DNA of 64,000 nt, taken from an uncultured Eubacteriales bacterium. Lineage in GTDB: Bacteria; Bacillota; Clostridia; Oscillospirales; CAG-382. The translations under genes were made by a program, and so were the position numbers. This document shows positions 17,772 through 24,961 of the stretch, piece by piece. Location of the stretch: assembly GCA_900546385.1 (NCBI GenBank), contig URCT01000001.1, forward strand, positions 27,597 through 91,596. The letters are read 5' to 3'. The notes beneath the pieces are model-generated. The model was not told where the DNA came from. It searched no databases and saw only the letters and a list, made by a program, of their open reading frames with translations. Numbering within the stretch: the first letter of the stretch is position 1; every line of letters starts with the position of its first letter.

Positions 17772-18254
17772 ATGGTGAATATCACATTTTTGTATTTGGG
17801 AACTCCCACCGAACGTTTTTATCGCGAGGCCTTGGACGAATACGAGAAGCGTTTGGGGCGTTTCTGCCGCTTTACCGAAAAGTGCCTAAAGCCGGAGCCG
17901 CTTTCATCCGCGCCGAGCGAAAAAGAGATTTTACGCGCGCTTGCCGCCGAAAAAGCGAAAATCACGGCCGCTTTCCCAAAAGGATCGTATAAAATCGCAC
18001 TGTGCATTGAAGGGAAAACGTTATCCTCCGAGGAGCTTGCCGAAACGATGGAAAAGCTGTCCGAAAAAGGCGTTTCCGACATCGTTTTTGTGATCGGCAG
18101 CTCGTATGGCCTTGACGAATCCTTAAAAAAGGAATGCGATTTGCGGCTTTCCATGTCGCGCATGACCTTTGCGCATTCGCTGGCCGGGGTGATGCTTGTG
18201 GAACAGATTTACCGGGCGTTTTGCATCCAAAACGGCGATAAATATCATAAGTAG
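17772..18254 (+). CDS. rlmH: 23S rRNA (pseudouridine1915-N3)-methyltransferase RlmH (SPOUT).
   Basis: ORF track 17631..18254. I moved the start to ATG 17772 (RBS GGAGA), giving MVNITFLYLGTPTERFYREALDEYEKRL...VFVIGSSYGL...LSMSRMTFAHSLAGVMLVEQIYRAF, 160 aa, the typical RlmH length. Confidence 0.9.
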   Translation: MVNITFLYLGTPTERFYREALDEYEKRLGRFCRFTEKCLKPEPLSSAPSEKEILRALAAEKAKITAAFPKGSYKIALCIEGKTLSSEELAETMEKLSEKGVSDIVFVIGSSYGLDESLKKECDLRLSMSRMTFAHSLAGVMLVEQIYRAFCIQNGDKYHK

Positions 18255-18258
18255 GATT

Positions 18259-18963
18259 TTAGCGTTTGCTTCCGGCGGCATCGGCTTCGGACGGGGTGTC
18301 AAAATGCGTGCGCAGCTTTTCAATCGCACCCGATTCGAGCCGCGAGACATACGAACGCGAAATGCCGAGCGTCTGCGCCACCTCACGCTGGGTGACCGGC
18401 TTTGTGCCGCATAATCCATAGCGCAGCACGAGAATCTGCTTTTCGGTGGGCGTTAAAACCGAAGCGATGCCCTTCATCATTTTTTCGATTTTGATTTTTA
18501 AGTCGATCTGTTCGGCAATGTCGTCCTCGGTGCAGATGATGTCCATGTAGGTTAACGGATTGCCGTCCTTATCGGTTTCGACGGCATCGCCGAGCGAGCA
18601 TTCGAGTGCCCTTTTTTTCTGTGAGCGGAAAAACATGAGAATCTCGTTTTGCAGGCATTTTCCGGCGTAGGTGGCAAAGCGCGTGCCGCTTTCGGGATGA
18701 AACGAATCGATGGCTTTGATAAGGCCGATGGTGCCGATGGAGATTAAATCATCGCTGTCACAGCCGGAAAAGCTGTATTTTTTGGCAATGTGCGCCACAA
18801 GCCGCAGATTGCGTTCGATGAGAATTTTGCGTGCTTCGGCATCTCCGTTTTTGCACTTTTCGAAATATTGCTTTTCCTCGTCTTTGTTCAGCGGCGGCGG
18901 AAAATTGGCACCGTGCGACAGCTTCAGAAACAAAAACAGCATATTGGCGAGTATTCCAAACAT
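18259..18963 (-). CDS. sigK: Sporulation sigma factor SigK (pro-sigma-K), uninterrupted.
   Basis: ORF track, 234 aa. A short hydrophobic pro-sequence MFGILANMLFLFLKLSHGANFPPPL is followed by EEKQYFEKCKNGD, RNLRLVAHIAKKY and DLISIGTIGLIKA. The RLVAHI and EEK.Y features and the absence of spoIIGA/sigG neighbours favour SigK over SigE. Confidence 0.75.
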   Translation of the reverse strand: MFGILANMLFLFLKLSHGANFPPPLNKDEEKQYFEKCKNGDAEARKILIERNLRLVAHIAKKYSFSGCDSDDLISIGTIGLIKAIDSFHPESGTRFATYAGKCLQNEILMFFRSQKKRALECSLGDAVETDKDGNPLTYMDIICTEDDIAEQIDLKIKIEKMMKGIASVLTPTEKQILVLRYGLCGTKPVTQREVAQTLGISRSYVSRLESGAIEKLRTHFDTPSEADAAGSKR

Positions 18964-19001
18964 ACAATCCCTCCGTTTTTTCGGTTTTTGCCCGTTTACT
19001 G

Positions 19002-19030
19002 TATCTTATGCGCGAAAAAAGCGAAATGAC
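19002..19030 (-). promoter_or_regulatory. Candidate mother-cell (sigma-E/K-type) promoter for sigK.
   Basis: Minus strand reads GTCATTT-13 nt-CATAAGATA. Compare the sigma-E/K consensus as I recall it, about kmATATT-14-CATACA-T / CATA---TA. It lies about 35 nt upstream of ATG 18963. Confidence 0.35.
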
Positions 19031-19032
19031 CT

Positions 19033-19061
19033 TCATGTTCTGCTTTTTTTGTGCATACGGT
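19033..19061 (+). promoter_or_regulatory. Candidate sigma-E-type promoter for the yaaH-like gene.
   Basis: TCATGTT-14 nt-CATACGGT, about 34 nt upstream of TTG 19095. It is divergent from the sigK promoter candidate. Confidence 0.35.
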
Positions 19062-19094
19062 GAAAGTGACAAAACTGCGAAAGGACGGATTTTT

Positions 19095-20369
19095 TTGATC
19101 ATCTATACCGTAAAGCCCGGAGATACCGTCACAAGCCTTGCCGCCGCATACGGTCTTGACGTGTCTGCCGTAATAAACGATAACGGCCTTCCGCCGGACG
19201 GGCAGCTTGTGGTCGGCCAAAGCCTTGCGCTGTTGTTTCCGGAGGAGGTGTATACGGCCTCCGGCGGCGAAAGCGTTGGGGAGGTTGCCGGTCGTTTCGA
19301 AACGACCGAACGGGCGCTTTACCGCAACAACTATTTTCTTGGCGGCCGGCCGACGCTTGCGACCGGCGACCGCGTGGTCATCCGCTATGAGATCGAGCCG
19401 CAGCGTCCGGCGTTCCTCGGCGGCTATGCGTATGATTTTATCGATCAGAGCTTGCTTGAAGCGGTGATCAGCTACATGACCTACCTCATGCCGTTCACCT
19501 ATGGCTTTTCGGCAGACGGAGAGCTTGTCATGCCGAACGACGCGCGCCTTATCGAGACCGCCGTGCGTTACGGCACAAAGCCGCTTATGCATTTATCCAC
19601 ACTCACGCCGGACGGCTATTTCAGCAACGAAGCGGCGCACGCGCTTTTCGCAAGTCCGGAGGCCATCCGCCGCCTGCAGCAGAACATTTTGGAGAACATC
19701 CGCGCCAAGGGCTATGTCGGCTTAGACGTGGATTTTGAATATCTGTTTGCCGAGGATAAGGACGCCTATGCGTCGTTTATTGCCGGAACGACGGCACTGT
19801 TGAACGAAAACGGCTATATCTGCGTGGTGGCACTGCCGCCCAAAACGTCGGATAATCAGACCGGGCTTTTGTATGAAGGAATCGACTATGCCGCGCTCGG
19901 CGAAGCGGCCAATTACAGCTTTCTCATGACGTATGAATGGGGCTACCGGTTAGGCCCGCCCATGGCGGTCGCGCCCATCGGTTCGGTGCGGCGCGTGGTG
20001 GAATATGCCCAAAGCCGCATCCCGGCAGAAAAGCTGATTCTCGGCATTTCCAACTATGGCTACGATTGGACGCTGCCGTATGTGCGCGGCGAAAGCGTTG
20101 CGCCGTCGCTCTCAACGGTCGAAGCGGTGAATTTGGCGCGGGAAAAGCGTGCGGAGATTCTGTTTGACGAAGCGGCACAGTCCCCGTATTTCTATTATAC
20201 CGACGAGGACGGACGCGAACACGTGGTGTGGTTTGAGGACGCGCGCAGCTATGAAGGCAAGGTGAATCTGATCCGTGAATACGGCCTTGTCGGCGGCTTT
20301 ATCTGGGATCTCATGCGAAAGAATCCGCAGGGCTTTGTCACGTTAAATGCGTTGCTTGCCGTGGAATAA
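19095..20369 (+). CDS. Spore peptidoglycan hydrolase-like protein with two LysM domains plus GH18 (YaaH/SleL-like).
   Basis: The ORF-track frame 18831..20369 has an implausible N-terminal extension that overlaps sigK. TTG 19095 sits 9 nt after AAGGA and gives 424 aa. Two LysM repeats (YTVKPGDTVTSLAAAYG..., YTASGGESVGEVAGRF...) and the GH18 catalytic motif GLDVDFEYL. Confidence 0.8.
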   Translation: MIIYTVKPGDTVTSLAAAYGLDVSAVINDNGLPPDGQLVVGQSLALLFPEEVYTASGGESVGEVAGRFETTERALYRNNYFLGGRPTLATGDRVVIRYEIEPQRPAFLGGYAYDFIDQSLLEAVISYMTYLMPFTYGFSADGELVMPNDARLIETAVRYGTKPLMHLSTLTPDGYFSNEAAHALFASPEAIRRLQQNILENIRAKGYVGLDVDFEYLFAEDKDAYASFIAGTTALLNENGYICVVALPPKTSDNQTGLLYEGIDYAALGEAANYSFLMTYEWGYRLGPPMAVAPIGSVRRVVEYAQSRIPAEKLILGISNYGYDWTLPYVRGESVAPSLSTVEAVNLAREKRAEILFDEAAQSPYFYYTDEDGREHVVWFEDARSYEGKVNLIREYGLVGGFIWDLMRKNPQGFVTLNALLAVE

Positions 20370-20401
20370 TTGCCGATTTTTTCAAAACTTTTGGTTTTTT
20401 C

Positions 20402-20430
20402 TTGACTTTTTCCGCATTTCTCTCTATAAT
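20402..20430 (+). promoter_or_regulatory. Sigma-A-type promoter for the SASA esterase gene.
   Basis: TTGACT-ttttccgcatttctctc(17)-TATAAT, 32 nt upstream of ATG 20463. Confidence 0.55.
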
Positions 20431-20462
20431 GAAAGGTATCAATTCAGAGAGGCGGCAAATCT

Positions 20463-21290
20463 ATGCTTTCATCATTTCTTCTCATCGGGCAGTCCAATAT
20501 GTCCGGACGCGGCATTCTGAATGCCGACAACCGCATTTTTGATGCGCGTATTCTCCGTCTTGTCAACGGCCGATGGCAGACCATGTGGGAACCGCTTTCG
20601 GCCGACCGCGTGTTTGCAGGAGCCAGCCTTGCGCCGGCGTTTGCACTTGAATTTGTGAAAAGGACAGGCGAACAGGTCGGCTTGATTCCGGCCTCCGACG
20701 GCGGTTCATCCATCGACGAATGGCAGCCGGGCGAGGCGTTATATGACCATGCTGTAAGCGAAGCGCGGCTTGCCATGCGCATAAGCGACATCAAGGCCGT
20801 TTTGTGGCACCAGGGCGAAGCCGACTGCAATCCGGCGCGTGCGGCTGTCTATGCGCCCAAGTTCTTGCATATGTTCCGCACGCTGAAAAAGGATTTGCAG
20901 CTGCCGGATATCCGCATCTATGTCGGCGGACTCGGCGATTATCTGCCCAAATGTGAGTTTGATCCGAACCTTGCGCATTACGACGGCATCAACACGGTTT
21001 TTCGCACGCTTGCCGCCGAAAACGACGATATCCGCTATGTGAGCGCCGAAGGGCTGACGTCGAACGACGACCATCTGCACTTTAACACCGAATCGCTCCG
21101 TGAATTCGGCAAACGGTATTTTGCGGCGTTTGCAGCCGATACGCCGGAGCTTGCAAAAGGAACGGACGCGGCACGTTCTGCGGCTTCCGACGATGAGAAG
21201 CTTTCGGAGATGAAAGCCAAAAAGGAGCGCGGCGAGATTTCCGCGAAAGAGTACGACGCGTTTGTTCACGCTTATATCGCCAAATTATAA
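20463..21290 (+). CDS. Sialate O-acetylesterase-family (SASA/SGNH-like) carbohydrate esterase, cytoplasmic.
   Basis: ORF track, 275 aa. LLIGQSNMSGRG at the extreme N-terminus (no signal peptide), WHQGEAD and DDHLHF. Confidence 0.75.
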   Translation: MLSSFLLIGQSNMSGRGILNADNRIFDARILRLVNGRWQTMWEPLSADRVFAGASLAPAFALEFVKRTGEQVGLIPASDGGSSIDEWQPGEALYDHAVSEARLAMRISDIKAVLWHQGEADCNPARAAVYAPKFLHMFRTLKKDLQLPDIRIYVGGLGDYLPKCEFDPNLAHYDGINTVFRTLAAENDDIRYVSAEGLTSNDDHLHFNTESLREFGKRYFAAFAADTPELAKGTDAARSAASDDEKLSEMKAKKERGEISAKEYDAFVHAYIAKL

Positions 21291-21295
21291 AAGAT

Positions 21296-21341
21296 AGCCT
21301 CGTTCGTTTTGCTGCAAGACATACGGAACGAGGCTTTTTTG
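21296..21341 (+). terminator. Intrinsic terminator after the esterase gene.
   Basis: AGCCTCGTTC-gttttgctgcaagacatacg-GAACGAGGCT followed by TTTTTTG. Confidence 0.8.
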
Positions 21342-21372
21342 TCGGCAAAAACAGAATCGTGCAAGGAATGTA

Positions 21373-21401
21373 TTGAAACGCGTGCCGAAAAAAGCTATAA
21401 T
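21373..21401 (+). promoter_or_regulatory. Sigma-A-type promoter for the SDR-AraC-FAD oxidoreductase operon.
   Basis: TTGAAA-cgcgtgccgaaaaaagc(17)-TATAAT, 25 nt upstream of ATG 21427. Confidence 0.55.
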
Positions 21402-21426
21402 GAAAGAAAAAATCGGAGGAATGTAT

Positions 21427-22134
21427 ATGTCCGGAAAAATCGTACTCATCACGGGTGCCACAAGCGGTTATGGGATGGCAACCGCAAAGCTGTTCAAGGA
21501 AAAAGGCGATACCGTTATCATCGCGTCGCGTAATGCCGAAAAGGTGCGGAAAGCCGTCGAAGAAAACGGCTTTGCCGACGGCCTTACGCTTGATGTGACA
21601 GACTATACCGCGTGGTTGGAATGCAAGAAGCACGTGTTGGAAAAATACGGCCGAATCGACGTGCTTGTCAACAACGCCGGCGGCGGTCTTCGTATCCGCG
21701 AAACGGCGGAGCAAACCAAAGAGGATATTGACGCTATCATCGCGCTCAACTTAAACAGCGTGATTTATGGCTCGCGTGTTTTTGCCGAAGTCATGAAACA
21801 GCAGAAAAACGGCATCATCATCAACATTTCTTCGGTCTGTGCCAAGCACGCCTGGGGCGGTTGGAGCGTATACGCCGCCGCAAAGGCCGGTGTTTTGGCG
21901 TTCACCAAGGGACTTTATGTCGAGCTTCAGAAATATGGCGTTCGGGCGACCTGCTTGATTCCGGCTTCTGCAAGCACCGGCTTCCAAAGTGCGGCACAGC
22001 TTGCCGAAACAAACGATTCCCTGTCGGTCGATGATATTGCCTCGGCGGTATATTACGCAGCAAGTCTGCCGGAACGCGCCGTGGTCGAGGAAATGACGGT
22101 CTGGGGAACCAGTCAGGTTGTGGAGCCGTTATAG
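21427..22134 (+). CDS. Short-chain dehydrogenase/reductase (classical SDR).
   Basis: ORF track 21373..22134. I prefer ATG 21427 (6 nt after GGAGGA). Motifs: ITGATSGYG (TGxxxGxG), NNAG and YAAAK (YxxxK). Confidence 0.85.
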   Translation: MSGKIVLITGATSGYGMATAKLFKEKGDTVIIASRNAEKVRKAVEENGFADGLTLDVTDYTAWLECKKHVLEKYGRIDVLVNNAGGGLRIRETAEQTKEDIDAIIALNLNSVIYGSRVFAEVMKQQKNGIIINISSVCAKHAWGGWSVYAAAKAGVLAFTKGLYVELQKYGVRATCLIPASASTGFQSAAQLAETNDSLSVDDIASAVYYAASLPERAVVEEMTVWGTSQVVEPL

Positions 22135-22136
22135 AG

Positions 22137-22970
22137 ATGAACCGAATCAACGTTTTTAACGAAATTGTCGCATACATCGAAGCCCATTTGGATATGGCCA
22201 TCGACATCGGTGTTCTTGCACGCAAGTGCGGCCTTTCGGTGTATGAGTTCCGGCGCATTTTCTCGTTTGCCGCCGGAATTCCGGTAAACGAATATATCCG
22301 CAAACGCCGCCTGTCGCGTGCCGGGGAGGTGTTGCGCGGAGACACTTCGGTTACCGCGCTTGCCGCCAAATACGGCTATGACGCGCCGTCGTCCTTTTCA
22401 CGCGCGTTCAAGGAGTTTCACGGCGTTTCGCCGGTCGAAGCCGCCAAAGGCGACTGTGCGCTCGTGCTGTTTTCGCCGCTCGGGTTTGAAGCCAAGGTGT
22501 GCGGCGGCACGCAGAGTGCCTATCGGTTAAAGAAGGATACGGCTTTTACGGTATGCGGCTTGTCGCAGGTTTCCGAAATCACCGACTCGGAGTGCTGTGA
22601 GGACGCGTGGAGCGCGTTTTATGCAAGCGATTCTGCCGATGAGCTGTTGAAGGCCTGCAAAAATCAGCTGTATGCCGTATACGAAAACGGAGAAAACAGC
22701 GTTCGGTGCCTTATCGGCGCACGCGGCTATGCCGAAAATCCGTTGCTTTCGCACGTTCGCGTTCCGGAAGCCTTGTGGATGTGCTTTTCCTTTCACGGAA
22801 GCGAGGACAGAAAGGTCAACGAATTCTACAAAACGCTGTTTGACTGCCTTGCGAGCAGCCGCTACGAAAAGGATGAAGCACTTCCGAACATCGAAATCTT
22901 CCCGGAAAATATGGACGACGAGAACTTTGAATGGGAAATTCGCATTGCCGTAAAGGAAAGAGAGGGCTAA
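22137..22970 (+). CDS. AraC-family transcriptional regulator with a GyrI-like effector-binding C-terminal domain.
   Basis: ORF track, 277 aa. The N-terminal HTH pair (IGVLARKCGLSVYEFRRIF...EYIRKRRLSRA...ALAAKYGYDAPSSFSRAFKEFHG) is followed by about 160 aa resembling GyrI-like/SOUL-type ligand domains. It starts 2 nt after the SDR stop. Confidence 0.8.
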   Translation: MNRINVFNEIVAYIEAHLDMAIDIGVLARKCGLSVYEFRRIFSFAAGIPVNEYIRKRRLSRAGEVLRGDTSVTALAAKYGYDAPSSFSRAFKEFHGVSPVEAAKGDCALVLFSPLGFEAKVCGGTQSAYRLKKDTAFTVCGLSQVSEITDSECCEDAWSAFYASDSADELLKACKNQLYAVYENGENSVRCLIGARGYAENPLLSHVRVPEALWMCFSFHGSEDRKVNEFYKTLFDCLASSRYEKDEALPNIEIFPENMDDENFEWEIRIAVKEREG

Positions 22971-22972
22971 AG

Positions 22973-24901
22973 ATGCACGAAATTTTCATAGAGGCGGAAA
23001 GCTTTCGGACGCTTGGCGGTTGGGCGGTCGATCAACAGTCTATGCAGACGCTGCATTCCTCCTATATTTTGGCGCACGGCCTCGGCGTGCCGGTGGCCGA
23101 CGCGGTGACGGAGTTTTCCGTCGATGTGCCCGGCGAATATTCTGTTTGGGCGTTGACACGCGATTGGACGGCGGCGTGGAATGCGCCGGACAGTGCCGGG
23201 AAATTTGAACTGCTTGCCGACGGACAAGCCTTGCCGACACTTCTCGGCACTGACGGCGCGGCATGGGATTGGCAGCTTGCCGGAAACTGCTTTTTCGAAA
23301 AAGGAACGCACACGCTTGCCTTACACGATTTAACCGGCTTTGACGGCCGATGCGACGCGATTTATCTTTCCGACAGCCCGGAAAAACCGGACGCGGCTGA
23401 CGTGATCCGCACGCGGCTCGGCAGAAACGAGATTTGCGCGTGCGACACCGTTTATGACCTTATCGTGGTTGGCGGCGGTGTTGCCGGCGTCTGCATGGCG
23501 CTTTCCGTTTTCCGAAGCGGCGTGAATGCGTTGCTCATCCACGACCGCGGTGTGCTTGGCGGCTGCAACAGCTCGGAGGTCCGCGTGTGCATGGGCGGCA
23601 GGATCAACCTTGCGCCGTATGAAAACCTCGGCAACGTGGTAAAAGAGATCGCGCCGGTTTCGGGACATCCGACCATTTTTGACGCGGCGCACTATGACGA
23701 CCGCAAGCGGTTTGCCTTTGACGATGGCGACTATGACAAGAATATCCGCTTCAACAAGAGCGTGACCGGCGTTGAAATGGACGGCAAACGCCTTTGCGCC
23801 GTCATCTGCACCGACGTTCTCACGGGCGAAAAGACCAAATATAAAGCAAAGCTGTTTGCGGACTGTTCGGGAGACGCGGTTTTGTCCCGTCTTGCAGGAG
23901 CAGAGGTCATGTACGGCAGGGAAGCGCAAAGCGTTTTCGGCGAAAGCCTTGCTCCCAAAGAACACCAAAAGCTTGTGATGGGACATTCGATTCGCTGGTA
24001 CACGGAAAAGACCGACGCGCCGAGCGATTTTCCGGACATCGGTTGGGGACTTGCTTTAGACGATACCACCTATTTGAACGTCTATAACGGCGATTGGGAG
24101 CAGGAGACCGGCTTTGCGCGCGACATGGCGGACGATATCGAATATATCCGCGATTATGGCTTACGCGCCATCTATTCCAACTGGTCGTATCAGAAGAACC
24201 ATTGCAAAAATAAAGCGGATTTTGCGTGCTATCGGTTAAAGTGGGCGTCGGCACTCGGCGGCAAGCGCGAAAGCTATCGCGTGGTCGGCGACTATGTGTT
24301 GACGCAAAGGGACATCGAAGAAAAAATTTATCACGAGGACGGCACGGCGTGCCTTTCGTGGAGTATCGATATGCATTTTCCCGAGCCGGATAATGCCGCC
24401 GCCTTCGGCGAAGCCTTCCGCTCGTTTGCCTATCACCGCGGCATTGTTTCGCCGTATCCGGTCCCGTACCGATGCCTTTATTCACGCGACGTGGAAAATT
24501 TATTTTTAGGCGGACGAACTGTCAGCACCAGCCATGTGGCGTTTTCTTCCGTACGCGTCATGCGCACGCTTGGAATGCTCGGCGAGGTCGTCGGCCTTGC
24601 CGCCGGAATCTGCCGTGAAAAGGCTTGTCTGCCGCGTGAGGTGTATACGAAATACCTACCGGAATTGCAAGCTCGGATGAAAAAAGGCGTTCCGATCCCT
24701 TGTGCCTTTGAAGGCTTGACAAATGCCGAGGAAGCGTATCACTTCAAGGATGCCGGCTGTTTTTCGCTCGATCATCCGGAAAATTCGGAACGGCACGACC
24801 CGGCAGCCTTGCGAAAGCTGAAGAAAGGCATTGCCGCTCTCGGTCTTCTGCACAAATATCCGCTGCCGAAGGAATTTACCGAAGAAGATACAGAAGAATA
24901 A
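22973..24901 (+). CDS. FAD-dependent oxidoreductase (FAD_oxidored-like) with an N-terminal beta-sandwich/CBM-like domain, cytoplasmic.
   Basis: ORF track 22931..24901. ATG 22973 lies 2 nt after the AraC stop. About 150 aa of N-terminal domain (IEAESFRTLGGWAVDQQ...YSVWALTRDW) is followed by the dinucleotide fold YDLIVVGGGVAGVCMA...GGCNSSE. Confidence 0.7.
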   Translation: MHEIFIEAESFRTLGGWAVDQQSMQTLHSSYILAHGLGVPVADAVTEFSVDVPGEYSVWALTRDWTAAWNAPDSAGKFELLADGQALPTLLGTDGAAWDWQLAGNCFFEKGTHTLALHDLTGFDGRCDAIYLSDSPEKPDAADVIRTRLGRNEICACDTVYDLIVVGGGVAGVCMALSVFRSGVNALLIHDRGVLGGCNSSEVRVCMGGRINLAPYENLGNVVKEIAPVSGHPTIFDAAHYDDRKRFAFDDGDYDKNIRFNKSVTGVEMDGKRLCAVICTDVLTGEKTKYKAKLFADCSGDAVLSRLAGAEVMYGREAQSVFGESLAPKEHQKLVMGHSIRWYTEKTDAPSDFPDIGWGLALDDTTYLNVYNGDWEQETGFARDMADDIEYIRDYGLRAIYSNWSYQKNHCKNKADFACYRLKWASALGGKRESYRVVGDYVLTQRDIEEKIYHEDGTACLSWSIDMHFPEPDNAAAFGEAFRSFAYHRGIVSPYPVPYRCLYSRDVENLFLGGRTVSTSHVAFSSVRVMRTLGMLGEVVGLAAGICREKACLPREVYTKYLPELQARMKKGVPIPCAFEGLTNAEEAYHFKDAGCFSLDHPENSERHDPAALRKLKKGIAALGLLHKYPLPKEFTEEDTEE

Positions 24902-24907
24902 AACAAC

Positions 24908-24943
24908 AGCCGCCCGAACAGCAACGAAGCTGTTCGGGCGGCT
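24908..24943. terminator. Bidirectional terminator between the FAD oxidoreductase and ARH genes.
   Basis: AGCCGCCCGAACAGC-aacgaa-GCTGTTCGGGCGGCT, a 15-bp perfect stem followed by TTGCGTT. Confidence 0.8.
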
Positions 24944-24961
24944 TTGCGTTATACGCGGCTA

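Noticed and set aside
18831-19094. An N-terminal 88-codon extension of the yaaH-like ORF that overlaps the sigK start.
   Set aside because: The extension has no LysM or signal features and runs through the sigK promoter and 5' end. A TTG with a well-spaced AAGGA at 19095 gives a product of canonical YaaH length.
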